From positions 5,024,001 to 5,088,000 of the forward strand of contig OZ242296.1 of NCBI GenBank assembly GCA_965207735.1: DNA of 64,000 nt, read 5' to 3'. Source of the DNA: Candidatus Versatilivorator sp. Its GTDB lineage: Bacteria; Acidobacteriota; Terriglobia; Versatilivoradales; Versatilivoraceae. Below are positions 9,364 through 19,522 of this stretch, piece by piece. Within the stretch, counting starts at the first letter, position 1. Each line of letters starts with the position of its first letter. Position numbers and translations under genes: made by a program. The notes beneath the pieces are model-generated. The model was not told where the DNA came from. It did no database searches and saw only the letters and a program-made list of their open reading frames with translations.

Positions 9364-10380
9364 TCAGGACGCGGTCGCTTCGGCCGGGGAATGAGCCGCG
9401 CTGTGCTCCTCTGGTCCACCGGCGGGTGAATCGAGGGCGTAAAGGGTGGTGGATACCGGTCGATGGTCGACAGCCGAATGGTGATCGGTTTGAAACAGCT
9501 TGCGCAGCTGGTCGAAGGGCAGGGGCGGTTTCCACCCGCTGAAGAGGCGCTTCCGGATTCGATCGACCTGTTTGTCCGTCAGGGCCGGATTTCGGCGCGG
9601 AAGGTGGTCCGGGGGCTGGTAGGTGGCCCCCGAAAGAATGGAGGTCGGCTCCTCCAGGAAGCAGCGCACCCGGTCGAAAGAGCGATAGTCGAGGTAGGCC
9701 CACTGAAAATCGTCGAACTCCAGGCTGCGGGCTACCTCGGCCCGATTGGGATCCAGCAGGATCACCGGCCCCGTTTCCACACGGAAGGTATCGTCCGGGT
9801 TGCCGTCAGCCCATTTCACCGGGTACTCGATCCGGTAGCCACGCGAAGGATCCTCCCCCACAAACTCGCTTACGGCCACCAGAGGGCGCCAGGATTGGAC
9901 GGCTTCGCGAATCTCCTTTCCGGAATTCAGCTGTTTTGCCGGACTGGGCTGAAGGCGCCAACCGCTGGAATGGAACCGGTCCACTTTCGGCCGGCTGGGG
10001 TTGAGGTTGTAGGAGGAGGTGTGGACCCGCCGGATCAATACATGCTTTCCGGAAAATATCATCCAGAAGTCATACCCCGGATCGAGGTTGTCGGACGGTG
10101 GGTCGGTCCTCAGGCCGGTTTGGGTGCGGACCGTCAGGAAGTACTCGTCCGAGCGGCCGCTGGAGCGGTCGAAGACCTCACACCGGCATTCGATCTGGAT
10201 GCGGACCAGGATTTTCTGGTTCCTGGGGATGTAGTAGCAGAAGGAGCGTGAAAAGTCGGTGGCGGTGGTATCGGCGGGCTCCGACGGGCGTTTCAGGCAG
10301 GCGGCCAGGGGCAGCGAGCTCAGCGAGAGGGCGCCGGCCAGCCAGGTTCGGCGATTGACGGCCTTCGAGGGAGTTGCCAT
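9364..10380 (-). CDS. Hypothetical Tat-exported (lipo)protein
   Basis: 338-aa ORF; NRRTWL twin-arginine motif and LAAC lipobox; co-oriented with its neighbours. Confidence 0.65.
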   Translation of the reverse strand: MATPSKAVNRRTWLAGALSLSSLPLAACLKRPSEPADTTATDFSRSFCYYIPRNQKILVRIQIECRCEVFDRSSGRSDEYFLTVRTQTGLRTDPPSDNLDPGYDFWMIFSGKHVLIRRVHTSSYNLNPSRPKVDRFHSSGWRLQPSPAKQLNSGKEIREAVQSWRPLVAVSEFVGEDPSRGYRIEYPVKWADGNPDDTFRVETGPVILLDPNRAEVARSLEFDDFQWAYLDYRSFDRVRCFLEEPTSILSGATYQPPDHLPRRNPALTDKQVDRIRKRLFSGWKPPLPFDQLRKLFQTDHHSAVDHRPVSTTLYALDSPAGGPEEHSAAHSPAEATAS

Positions 10381-10476
10381 GGCATTCCTTTCGAACCGAA
10401 AAAGCAGGCGCCATGCGCCGGCAGTGAGGACTCGAGGCCGGGTCTGCAGATCTGGTTCAGCGGTTGAAAAACTCGA

Positions 10477-12384
10477 TCATTCTTTCAACTGCTGCTCGAG
10501 CAGAGAGCGTGAGACCCCAAGAAAATCGCTTTCGGTGACGATGCCGACCAGGCGGTCGTCCTGCACCACGGGGAGACACCCGATGCCGTGGCGTCGCATC
10601 GTGCGGATGGCCTCCAGGCTGGAGGTCTCGGGGGGAACCGTGACGGGGTTGGACTTCATGATGGCGCTGACCCTTTCCTGCTTGCTCTTCAACCCTTGAC
10701 GGCTGAACGACTTCAGCACCGAGCGGTAGGAGACCAAGCCCACCAGGCGCCCCCGGTCGTCCTCTACCGGCACGTGTCTCACCCGCTCCCAGTCCATGAT
10801 GTTGGCGACCAGATCGACCGGGTCCTCGGGATGGACGGTGAACAGCTCCACGCTCATGTATTGTTCCACACGCTGATAGTGCGCCCTCCAGTCCCCCACC
10901 TCCTCCGGTTCCGCCAGCGGCCAGGAGTGCCCGGCACGTCCGCTTTGCTGGTGACGGTAGGTAGCCGCGGTCACGGCCACCAGCGCGCTCCCCCTGAGGC
11001 GGTCGCCACCCATCTTGGAGCAGGACTTCAACAGCCAGTCAGCCCCCGTCTGCCGGCTCTCCACCCGCTGCCGGATCACCTCCAGGAAGCGTTCGATGTC
11101 GTCGGCGTCGATCCCGCAGTGGCGTAGCCCCCGGCCGGCCAACGGAAGCAGTTGGCCTTGAATCAGCTCGGGAGCCGGCAGGATTTTTCCGCCCAGCCAG
11201 TACAGTTGCGCATCCAGCCCGGATTGAGCCGCAACCGAGAAGTTGGACTTGACCTCTTCGAAGGAGATGAGCCGGGTGATGTCTTCATGCTCCTGGGCCA
11301 TGCCGGCGATGAGACCGCACAGAAAGGCCGTGTTGGCCACCTCGTCCTCCACCGTGGGTCCCGCCGGCAGCGCCCGATTCTCGATTCTCAGGTGGGGCTT
11401 TCCCTGCCAGACTCCATAGCAGGGACGATTCCAGCGGTAGACCGTGCCGTTGAAGAGGCTGAGGGACTCGAGCCGGGGCACTTCCTTTCGGGAAAGGACC
11501 TCAAAGGGATCCTCGGCGCCCTCGTGGGTCATCAGGGCCCGGAAGCGGGTAACGTCCTGCTGAAAGATCTCCAGCACCGAGTGGCGGACCCACTGGTCGC
11601 CGAAGCTGACGCGAGACCTGGAGCTGCGGACATGCGGCGAGGGCCGCCGCGTGTCGATGGAGCGCTCGAACAGAGCGATCCGAGTCTCTTTCCAGAGTCT
11701 CTTGCCCAGCAGGAAGGGAGAATTGGTGGCAGCCGCCAGCACGGGAGCCGTCACCAGTTGAGCGATGTTGTAGAGTTGGGGAAACCGGTCCGGGGCTGTC
11801 TGGTAGTGGATCTGAAAGGCAGTGTTGCAGGCCTCCAGCATGACGGTGTCGCCCTCCAGCATCAACTCGTCGATCCCCTTGATGTGGATCTGGTGGCTGT
11901 CTCCCCGAAGCTTCTTTACGGATTCCCACAGAAGCTCGTAACGGCGCTTGGGTGTCATGTTGCGGCGCTTGAGCTGGGAAAGGGTCAGTGAGGGCAGGAT
12001 ACCCGTAAGCAGGACGGCGGCTCCGTGACGTTCCGCCAGGGCGGCCACGTGGGCCATTGACCGGTTCAGTTGTTTCTCCAGTCGGGTGAGGCAGTCCCCT
12101 CGAAGCTCCAGGGGATCGCAGTTGAACTCCAGGTTGAAGCGCCCCAGCTCGGGAGTGAGATGGGGGTCCTGGCTCTCCGCCAGGATCTCGGTACCTAGCG
12201 GGGCCGGCTGCCAATGGTCGTCGACCAGGAAGAGCTCCTGCTCGGCCCCCACCCGCAGCGGCTCCGACTCGATCATGCCGCTATCGAGCATCAGTTGCAG
12301 GGCGCGCAAGTCGTTCAGCAGGGACTCCACGTAGTCCTGGCGCCCGTGTGTTCCTGAGGTCTCTTCTACGTTTTCTGTGCCCAT
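10477..12384 (-). CDS. Glutamate-cysteine ligase (GCS2-like) with a C-terminal CBS pair
   Basis: VGAEQELFLVD, ELGRFNLEFN, NSPFLLGKRLW, YRWNRPCY, HLRIENR; two CBS repeats (RHVPVED, GCLPVV...VGIVTESD). Confidence 0.85.
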   Translation of the reverse strand: MGTENVEETSGTHGRQDYVESLLNDLRALQLMLDSGMIESEPLRVGAEQELFLVDDHWQPAPLGTEILAESQDPHLTPELGRFNLEFNCDPLELRGDCLTRLEKQLNRSMAHVAALAERHGAAVLLTGILPSLTLSQLKRRNMTPKRRYELLWESVKKLRGDSHQIHIKGIDELMLEGDTVMLEACNTAFQIHYQTAPDRFPQLYNIAQLVTAPVLAAATNSPFLLGKRLWKETRIALFERSIDTRRPSPHVRSSRSRVSFGDQWVRHSVLEIFQQDVTRFRALMTHEGAEDPFEVLSRKEVPRLESLSLFNGTVYRWNRPCYGVWQGKPHLRIENRALPAGPTVEDEVANTAFLCGLIAGMAQEHEDITRLISFEEVKSNFSVAAQSGLDAQLYWLGGKILPAPELIQGQLLPLAGRGLRHCGIDADDIERFLEVIRQRVESRQTGADWLLKSCSKMGGDRLRGSALVAVTAATYRHQQSGRAGHSWPLAEPEEVGDWRAHYQRVEQYMSVELFTVHPEDPVDLVANIMDWERVRHVPVEDDRGRLVGLVSYRSVLKSFSRQGLKSKQERVSAIMKSNPVTVPPETSSLEAIRTMRRHGIGCLPVVQDDRLVGIVTESDFLGVSRSLLEQQLKE

Positions 12385-12395
12385 GATCGATACGG

Positions 12396-13487
12396 TCAAA
12401 CCACCGCGGCCTTGAGGCAGTGGATCGGCGGCAGCGAATGGAACAGGCAGTTCCAGTCCTCCCCGCCGTCCCGGCCTATCCAGAGTTGGCCGGTGGTGGT
12501 TCCGAAATATAGGGCCGGCGAGGCCAGCCGGTCGAAGTCGATGGCATCCCGCAGGACGGTGAAGTAGCTCTCTCTTTCGGGAAGTCCCCTGTCCAGCCGG
12601 TTCCAGGAGCCGCCGCCGTCCTGGCTGCGCCAGACCGCCGGCGCGCCTCCGGGACAGGTGCGGGTCATGGGTTCCAGCGGCACGACGTAGACGGTATCGG
12701 GGTCGTGGGGGTGAACGAGAATCGGCAACCCGAAATCGGAGGGAAGCCCTTCGGCGATCGACCGCCAACTGCGGCCGCGGTCGTCGCTGCGCAGGACGCC
12801 GATGCCTGGATGCTCGGGGAAGCCGCCGTGATTCTGAATGTAGAGTCTTTCGGGATTATCGGGGTGGATGGCGATCTTGTGGACGCACTGGCCGAACTCC
12901 GGATAGGGATCCGGCAGGAATGCCGCCGCGATTCCCTGGTTGAAGGCGTCAAAGGTCTCACCCCCGTCCTCGCTCAGGTAGTGGCCACCGGTTGAAATCC
13001 CCAGGTGAACCCGGTTCTCCGAGCGGACAATGGTATGCAGGCAGAGACCGCCGCCGCCGGGCTGCCAGTGAGGGGTGTGCCGGTGGTTGCTGATGGCGGA
13101 ATCCATCTCCCAGGAGTCTCCGCCGTCTCGACTCCGGAACAGCGCCGCGGGTTCGACCCCCGACAAGAGCTCCCCTTCGGCAGCGCACGCCTCCAGCGCC
13201 CACACGTTGATCAGGGTGCGTCCGTCCTCCTTGGAGAAGGCTGGCGCCGACCCCGTCTCCCGGAAATTACGTCCCAGGTTGGTGGAGACCAGGATCTTCA
13301 TGCCGAAAAACATGTTGCGGCTGGAGGCGTAGATGCGGGGGGCGCCGCGCCTGTCGATCAGGGTGGCATTGACCGGAGCGCCGGCCCCAAACGGCCCGCG
13401 CAGGTCAAACCCAACGCGGTCCCTGGGCGCTTCGGCCACAAAGAGTCCTTTCTTGGTTCCCACCGAGAGAATTACCCGTTCCGGCAC
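12396..13487 (-). CDS. BNR/Asp-box beta-propeller protein (type commonly paired with MoaD-like genes)
   Basis: VGTKKGLF, several SxDGGxW boxes, PGGGGLCLHTI, PEFGQCVHKI, GLPSDFG. Confidence 0.85.
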   Translation of the reverse strand: MPERVILSVGTKKGLFVAEAPRDRVGFDLRGPFGAGAPVNATLIDRRGAPRIYASSRNMFFGMKILVSTNLGRNFRETGSAPAFSKEDGRTLINVWALEACAAEGELLSGVEPAALFRSRDGGDSWEMDSAISNHRHTPHWQPGGGGLCLHTIVRSENRVHLGISTGGHYLSEDGGETFDAFNQGIAAAFLPDPYPEFGQCVHKIAIHPDNPERLYIQNHGGFPEHPGIGVLRSDDRGRSWRSIAEGLPSDFGLPILVHPHDPDTVYVVPLEPMTRTCPGGAPAVWRSQDGGGSWNRLDRGLPERESYFTVLRDAIDFDRLASPALYFGTTTGQLWIGRDGGEDWNCLFHSLPPIHCLKAAVV

Positions 13488-13765
13488 GGAGTACCTCCTG
13501 AAACCGCAGGCAGAACCGTGAGGATGTCGCCTGACTGAAGCCGGGTTTCCATTCCGTTCAGCTCGTCGATTCGGTCACTGTTGAGGAAGAGGTTGACATG
13601 GGGGCGAACGGCCCCCGATTCCTGGCAAATGGAGCGATACAGCCGGGGATGACTTGGCTCGAGTTGCCGCAGGGCCAAACCGACGGTGGCGGCGGCCAAT
13701 GCCAACTCCGAGGGGCAGCCGGCATAGCTGCAGAGTGCCGCTGAAAGCCGCATTTGGATCTGCAT
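13472..13765 (-). CDS. MoaD/ThiS-family ubiquitin-like protein with an extension after the GG motif
   Basis: RPHVNLFLN...TRLQSGDILTVLPAVSGG, followed by TPCRNG. Confidence 0.8.
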   Translation of the reverse strand: MQIQMRLSAALCSYAGCPSELALAAATVGLALRQLEPSHPRLYRSICQESGAVRPHVNLFLNSDRIDELNGMETRLQSGDILTVLPAVSGGTPCRNG

Positions 13766-13950
13766 AGACTTTCCCGCGCCGGTCAACGGTTCCTGTCCCT
13801 TCCTCGCGCCGGGTAGCCCCGGCGGCCCTGCAAGAATATGTCCGCGGAAATCACTTTGTCCAGTCTGCATCTACTGGAGGGGAGGACGGGCCGGACGCAT
13901 CAGTGTGTGAATTCTGCGAGGGTTGTTCATGCGCGTTAAATTCTTTATGA

Positions 13951-14104
13951 ACATCGATGCACAGGATGCACAGGATTTGCAGCACGAAAAGCTGATGCAC
14001 AGGGAGTTGACCGGCGAGATGATCCGAAGCGGGGTTGCGGATGCCCGGGATCAGGACACTGCAAACTCCCAAAACCCAATCCTGTACATCCTGTTCATCC
14101 ATGT
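13951..14104 (+). repeat. ~153-bp palindromic element (9-nt-period IR family), copy A
   Basis: ACATCGATGCACAGGATGCACAGGATT ... AATCCTGTACATCCTGTTCATCCATGT; interior homologous (in reverse) to copies B and C. Confidence 0.8.
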
Positions 14105-14326
14105 GGATTTGGCCGGTCGTATGGCATAATCGCCAGGGTTTGGCGGCTCACTGGGACCTCGGGCCGATACCTGAGCTGTGGAATTTCCGGCCTCCCGTAG
14201 TCCTGTCAGCGACAGATGAGTTGCGCTGTCCCCGAACGTGCTGACTCGCCCCGGCAACGTCAAGGCCAGTTCCAATCTTGATGCTGCGGAAATCATTCAA
14301 TCGACCGTTGATCTAAACAATTGCCC

Positions 14327-17300
14327 ATGAAAACCAATCGCCCGCTTTTCTGGATCGTGCTGGTGCTGCTCTCGCTGGGTTCCCTGGCGGGGGCGTACCG
14401 TTATTTTGGCGAGGCTTTCCCGCTCATCACGCTGGATCTGCAGATGGATCGGGCCACCGCCCTGGAGCAGGCCAAGGAACTGGCCGAGCGCTACCAATGG
14501 GGTCCGCTGGATTATGAGCAGGCGGCCTCCTTCGGTTCGAGTTCCCAGGTGCAGAATTACATCGAGCTGGAGGGTGGAGGAAAGGCAACCTTCTCCCGGG
14601 TGATGGCCGGTGACCTCTACTCCGCCTACACCTGGAGCGTCCGCCACTTCCGGGAGAAGGAGACCACCGAGAGCCTGATTCGCTTTACCCCGGCCGGAAA
14701 GCTGTGGGGGTTTCGCGAGACGCTTCCTGAAGACCAGGCTGGCGCCACTCTTTCGGAAGAGGAGGCTCGAAGCCTGGCCGAGACAAGCCTGAAGCAGATT
14801 CTGGGAATCGAACTCGGGCCATATGAGCTGGTGGAGCACGCCCAGGAGGTGCAACCGGGAGGGCGAGCCGATCACCGTCTGGTCTACGAGCACCAACGGA
14901 AGGATATCGGGGAAGCCCGCTACCGGCTGCGTTTGACCGTGAGCGGGGACCGGTTCACCGAGATCGAGCGGTTTATCAAGGTACCCGAGGCATTCAACCG
15001 GCGCTTTCAGGAGATGCGCTCTTCCAACAACGCCATCGGGGCCGTTGGAAGCGTGGCCATGGTGTTGGTCTATGTCCTGGGCGGGTGCCTCATAGGTCTC
15101 TTTTTTCTCCTGCGCCGCGGTTGGGTGCTGTGGAAGCAAGCGCTTTTCTGGGGTCTGCTGGTCGCCTTTCTGCAAGGACTGGTGGCTCTCAACCAGTTGC
15201 CGCTGGCCTGGATGAACTATGACACGGCCTTGTCCCGCCAGGGGTTCCTGGCCGACCAGATCGTGTGGGCGCTGGTCCAGTTCGTAGCCCTGGGCATTGT
15301 GCTGACTCTCTCCTTCATGGCCGCCGAGACGCTCTCGCGCAAGGCCTTTCCCCACCATATCCAGCTCTGGAAACTGGGATCTCGGGAAGTGGCCAATACC
15401 AGGCCGGTCCTGGGATATACGGTGGCGGGATATCTGCTGGTGCCGCTCTTCTTCGGGTATGAAGTGGCTCTCTATTTTTTCTCCAACAACGTGCTGGGTT
15501 GGTGGTCTCCCTCCAATGCGCTGCTGGAGCCGGACGTCCTGGCGACCTATCTCCCCTGGCTTTCATCCATTGCCATTTCGCTTCAGGCCGGCTTCTGGGA
15601 GGAGTGCCTGTTTCGGGCCGTCCCCCTGGCGGGTGCGGCGCTGCTGGGGCGCCGTTTCGGCAGGCCGGCCCTTTGGATCGGCTCGGCCATGGTTCTGCAG
15701 GCGCTTATTTTCGGCGCCGGCCACGCCGCCTATCCCACCCAGCCCGCCTATGCCCGGGTGGTGGAACTGATCCTGCCCTCCCTTTTCTTCGGCGCCATCT
15801 ACTTGAGGTACGGGCTGCTGCCGGCCATCGTCCTCCACTTCGCCTTCGACGTGGTCTGGTTCGCCATACCGCTGTTCGTGTCCGAGGCGCCCGGCGTCTG
15901 GGTGGACCAGGTTCTGGTGGTGCTGCTCACCCTGGTTCCCCTGGGCACCATCGGGTGGGTCCGATGGCGGGCGGGGGAATGGAGCGCACTCTCCCCCGAC
16001 AAGCTGAACGGAGCCTGGAGTCCCCCGTCACCACGGGAGCCCCAGGCCGAAGCGGAAGCGCCGCCGGTTGTGAGCGTCCCGGTGCTGGCTCCGGCCCTAC
16101 GCTCCGGGTTGCTGCTGGGAGGGATTGCCGGTCTGGCGGTATGGGTCCTGTTGGGGAAATTCCACACAGACGTGCCCGAGTTGAAGCTGGATCGGGAGCA
16201 GGCGGTGAAGATCGCCCGGGAAGCGCTGGAGGAAAGAGGCGTTCAAATTCCCTCGACCTGGCGGGAGATGGTCTCCATTCAGGGGGAAGCGACCCGGACC
16301 GGACGATTCATCTGGCAGACGGCCGGCTCGGAAACCCATGCGCAACTGGCCGGTTCCTATGTTCCGAGAGCGCGCTGGAGGATTCGGTACGCCATCTTTG
16401 AAGGAAGCGTGGAGGAACGGGCGGAGGAGTACCGGGTGATTGTGGCCGACTCGGACACGGTTCCCCGTGTCATCCACAGGCTTCCGGAAGCGAGCAAGGG
16501 TGCGGCTTTGTCCGAGGAGGAAGCGCGGTCAAAGGCTCAAGCCGCGGTGGCGGCCCGTTTCGGCCTCGAACCGGGAGATCTCGAGGAGGTTTCGGCCGAG
16601 CCCTCCCAGCGGCCGGCCCGCCGGGACTGGACCCTGGTCTACGCCGATCGTACCCTGTCGCTTCCCCATGGAGAGGCTCGAGTGGCTGCGGTGGTGGCGG
16701 GCGACGAGATCTCCGACGTCTACCGGCAGGTTCACCTGCCCGAAGAGTGGGAGAGGCGGGAGCGCAGCCGCCTCAATCTTGTCAGGATCCTCGGCGTTAT
16801 CCGTGGCGTCCTGTTGGCATTGGGGGCAGTGTTCGCAGCCGTGGTCGCCGTGGTCGGTTGGAGTCGGAAGGGGTTTTCGGCTCGGACGTTCTTCTGGCTG
16901 GCCCCGATCCTGTTCCTGCTCCAGCTCGCCGCTTTTTTCAACGGGTGGCCGGCCATGCTTTCGAACCTGGCCACGGCTCAGCCACTGAGCCACCAGCTTC
17001 TGACGCTGATCGCGGGCGGCCTGATCGGGACCCTCTTTCTCTCGCTCCTGTTGGCCTTGCTGTTCGGCTGGGTAAAGATCTCGGGCCGCTGGGGCGGTGA
17101 AACCACGGGAAGAAGAATGGCCTTAGGGGTGGCCGTGGGCGTTTTGGCCAAGGGGCTCCAAGTGCTGGCAACGGCTTTCACCAGCGCCAGGACTCCGGCA
17201 TGGCCGGAGTTCGGAGCTCTGGACAACGTCCTGCCGGCCCTGGGTCCACTGGTGCAGTCACTCACCCAATACTTCATCCTCCTGTGTATCTTGCTGGTGG

Positions 17301-17689
17301 CGGTCGCCGCCGTGGAAGTGCTGACCCGCGGCTGGAGCCGGCGGCGCTATGCCGGCGGCCTGTTCATTCTTCTGGGACTGGTGTGGCAGCCCATCGACGT
17401 CCAGGGCACGGGGGAATGGCTGGTAAAGGGCCTGCTCTTGGGGGCCGCGCTGCTGGCGGTCTATGTTTATCTGCGGGCCGAGGTGGGCCTGATCCCTCTG
17501 GCGCTGGCTACCTACCTGGCTCTCGGACTCCTCCAGCAGGCCGTCGACCAACCCTACGGGGGAGCCCTGCTGCACTATGGCCTGGCGGCGGCGGGTCCCT
17601 TGATTGCCGGCTGGCTGTTCTGGCGACATCTGAACGAGCCGGCCCAGAAGAGCCTTCCCCGGGCGCCGTCCTCGGCGCAACAGGCCTGA
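14327..17689 (+). CDS. Large CPBP-family (CAAX protease/Abi) intramembrane metalloprotease with a duplicated extracytoplasmic domain
   Basis: WEECLFR, FGAGH, AIVLHFAFD; two copies of LPE..GA.LSEEEAR...GEAR...V.GD; many TM segments. Confidence 0.85.
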   Translation: MKTNRPLFWIVLVLLSLGSLAGAYRYFGEAFPLITLDLQMDRATALEQAKELAERYQWGPLDYEQAASFGSSSQVQNYIELEGGGKATFSRVMAGDLYSAYTWSVRHFREKETTESLIRFTPAGKLWGFRETLPEDQAGATLSEEEARSLAETSLKQILGIELGPYELVEHAQEVQPGGRADHRLVYEHQRKDIGEARYRLRLTVSGDRFTEIERFIKVPEAFNRRFQEMRSSNNAIGAVGSVAMVLVYVLGGCLIGLFFLLRRGWVLWKQALFWGLLVAFLQGLVALNQLPLAWMNYDTALSRQGFLADQIVWALVQFVALGIVLTLSFMAAETLSRKAFPHHIQLWKLGSREVANTRPVLGYTVAGYLLVPLFFGYEVALYFFSNNVLGWWSPSNALLEPDVLATYLPWLSSIAISLQAGFWEECLFRAVPLAGAALLGRRFGRPALWIGSAMVLQALIFGAGHAAYPTQPAYARVVELILPSLFFGAIYLRYGLLPAIVLHFAFDVVWFAIPLFVSEAPGVWVDQVLVVLLTLVPLGTIGWVRWRAGEWSALSPDKLNGAWSPPSPREPQAEAEAPPVVSVPVLAPALRSGLLLGGIAGLAVWVLLGKFHTDVPELKLDREQAVKIAREALEERGVQIPSTWREMVSIQGEATRTGRFIWQTAGSETHAQLAGSYVPRARWRIRYAIFEGSVEERAEEYRVIVADSDTVPRVIHRLPEASKGAALSEEEARSKAQAAVAARFGLEPGDLEEVSAEPSQRPARRDWTLVYADRTLSLPHGEARVAAVVAGDEISDVYRQVHLPEEWERRERSRLNLVRILGVIRGVLLALGAVFAAVVAVVGWSRKGFSARTFFWLAPILFLLQLAAFFNGWPAMLSNLATAQPLSHQLLTLIAGGLIGTLFLSLLLALLFGWVKISGRWGGETTGRRMALGVAVGVLAKGLQVLATAFTSARTPAWPEFGALDNVLPALGPLVQSLTQYFILLCILLVAVAAVEVLTRGWSRRRYAGGLFILLGLVWQPIDVQGTGEWLVKGLLLGAALLAVYVYLRAEVGLIPLALATYLALGLLQQAVDQPYGGALLHYGLAAAGPLIAGWLFWRHLNEPAQKSLPRAPSSAQQA

Positions 17690-17782
17690 CGTGCCTTGAC
17701 TCGCGCCGTTGCCTCGACGCCTCCTGGAAACATGAGCTGGGGCGTGGCCGGCGGGACCGACGCCAACCCATAGGAGGTCGTG

Positions 17783-18103
17783 ATGATTCTGACGACAACT
17801 CCCTCGATCGAGGGTAAATCCATCCGCGAATATCGCGGCATCGTGACCGGTGAAGCCATTCTGGGGGCCAACCTGGTCAAGGATCTTTTTGCCGGGATAC
17901 GGGACCTGATCGGAGGCCGGTCCGCCGCCTACGAACAGGAAATGGCCAAGGCCAGGAGTATCGCCCTGGGAGAATTGGAGCAAGCCGCCAGGGACCTGGG
18001 GGCCAATGCCGTGGTGGGAATCGACCTCGACTACGAAGTCCTGGGCGGGAAGGGAAGCATGCTGATGGTCAGCGTCAGCGGCACCGCCGTTGTCATTATC
18101 TGA
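17783..18103 (+). CDS. ybjQ: YbjQ/UPF0145 putative heavy-metal-binding protein
   Basis: [12 protein letters not shown]...[13 protein letters not shown]...[13 protein letters not shown]...VSGTAV; AGGAGGT RBS. Confidence 0.92.
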   Translation: MILTTTPSIEGKSIREYRGIVTGEAILGANLVKDLFAGIRDLIGGRSAAYEQEMAKARSIALGELEQAARDLGANAVVGIDLDYEVLGGKGSMLMVSVSGTAVVII

Positions 18104-18152
18104 ACTTGGGTGAGCACGTTGTTATAATTTTGGAGGATTTCGGAAACTTGGG

Positions 18153-19319
18153 ATGAAACGGCGATCCTTCTTAGAGGCGAGCCTGGCGGGGCTGGCGGCA
18201 ATGGGCTTGGCCGGACGAAAAAAATACCGCGTCGGGGTGATCGGCCACACCGGCCGCGGCAACTACGGGCACGGGCTCGACACGGTCTGGCGGGCCTTTG
18301 ACGATACGGAGGTGGTGGCGGTGGCGGACCCGGACGACCAGGGCCGCGCCCAGGCCAAAGAGCGCACGGGCGCCGACCGGGATTACCCCGACTACCGCCG
18401 GATGCTGGACCGCGAGAAGCTGGACATCGTGGCTGTCGCTCCACGTTGGCTGGACCAGCGGGCGGCCATGACCACTGCTGCCGCCGAGGCCGGATGCCAC
18501 ATCTTCCATGAGAAGTCCTTCGCTCCCAGCCTGACCGATGCCGATCGCATGGTGGAGGCGGTGGAGCGGAACCGGGTGAAGGTCCAGATGGCCCATCAGA
18601 TGCGGACCTCGCCCTTTGTCATCCGCGTCAAAGAGATGATTGAAGCCGGAGAGATCGGCCTGATTCAGGAGGTTCGCGGACGAGGCAAAGAGGATCGACG
18701 CGCCGGCGGAGAGGACCTGATGGTACTGGGTTCCCACATCTGCGACATGATGCGCTACTTCCTGGGCGACCCCGAGTGGGTCTTCTCCCACGTGACCGAG
18801 GATGGAAAGGAAGTAGGCCGGGGGCAGGTCCGGGAAGCGACCGAACCCATCGGTCCGGTGGCCGGCAACCAGATCGCGGCGGTCTTCGGTTTCGCCGGCG
18901 GCATCCACTCCTACTTCGGTTCCAAGGCCAGCGATCAAACCGACCGAAAGCGCTTCGGCCTCTGGATTTACGGCAGCAAGGGCGTGATTCACCTGCCGAA
19001 CGACGTCTACCCGAGAGGCCAGCCCTGGATCCTGCGCTCACCGGGCTGGCTGCCCGACGAGACCCACCGCTGGGAACCCATCGAGGCGAAGCCGCCGGCA
19101 TCGAGCCGCTTTCGGGCCGACAACCGTACCCTGGGCAACGCCCTGCTGGTCGCCGACCTGCTGGAGGCTATCGAGCGGGACCGCAAGCCGGCCTGCAGCG
19201 AGCAGGATGGACGTTGGACCATCGAGATGATCACCTCGGTCTACCAATCCCAGAAGACCGGAGCCCGAGTGAACCTGCCTCTCCAGGATCGCCGCCATCC
19301 TCTGAGGACTTGGGGGTAG
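18153..19319 (+). CDS. Gfo/Idh/MocA-family oxidoreductase with a Tat-like signal
   Basis: KRRSFL; RVGVIGHTGRGNYGH; HIFHEK; GSHICD. Confidence 0.88.
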   Translation: MKRRSFLEASLAGLAAMGLAGRKKYRVGVIGHTGRGNYGHGLDTVWRAFDDTEVVAVADPDDQGRAQAKERTGADRDYPDYRRMLDREKLDIVAVAPRWLDQRAAMTTAAAEAGCHIFHEKSFAPSLTDADRMVEAVERNRVKVQMAHQMRTSPFVIRVKEMIEAGEIGLIQEVRGRGKEDRRAGGEDLMVLGSHICDMMRYFLGDPEWVFSHVTEDGKEVGRGQVREATEPIGPVAGNQIAAVFGFAGGIHSYFGSKASDQTDRKRFGLWIYGSKGVIHLPNDVYPRGQPWILRSPGWLPDETHRWEPIEAKPPASSRFRADNRTLGNALLVADLLEAIERDRKPACSEQDGRWTIEMITSVYQSQKTGARVNLPLQDRRHPLRTWG

Positions 19320-19320
19320 G

Positions 19321-19398
19321 CACGAAAGCGCGAAAAAAATCCACGAAGGGGTAAAAAGGACTGCGAAGGGACACGAAGTTACACGGAAGTCACGAAAT
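19321..19398 (+). repeat. Degenerate CACGAAG short-period repeat cluster
   Basis: CACGAAAG, CCACGAAGG, GCGAAGGG, ACACGAAG and TCACGAAA right after the oxidoreductase stop; same motif family as 24848-24917 and 27754-28143. Confidence 0.5.
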
Positions 19399-19522
19399 CA
19401 TTTGGGGTTTTGGATTTTGGGCAAAATAAACGGTCAAGCCTCCCCAATCAACGATCAGAGGCCTTCCCGATACAATTTCCTGCGTTTAGTCTCGGCCTCG
19501 ACCAGGAGTAGATCTCTGTTTA

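Noticed and set aside
12385-12768. N-terminal extension of the 763-aa ORF call
   Set aside because: Overlaps the BNR gene in another frame; ligase similarity begins only after ATG 12384.
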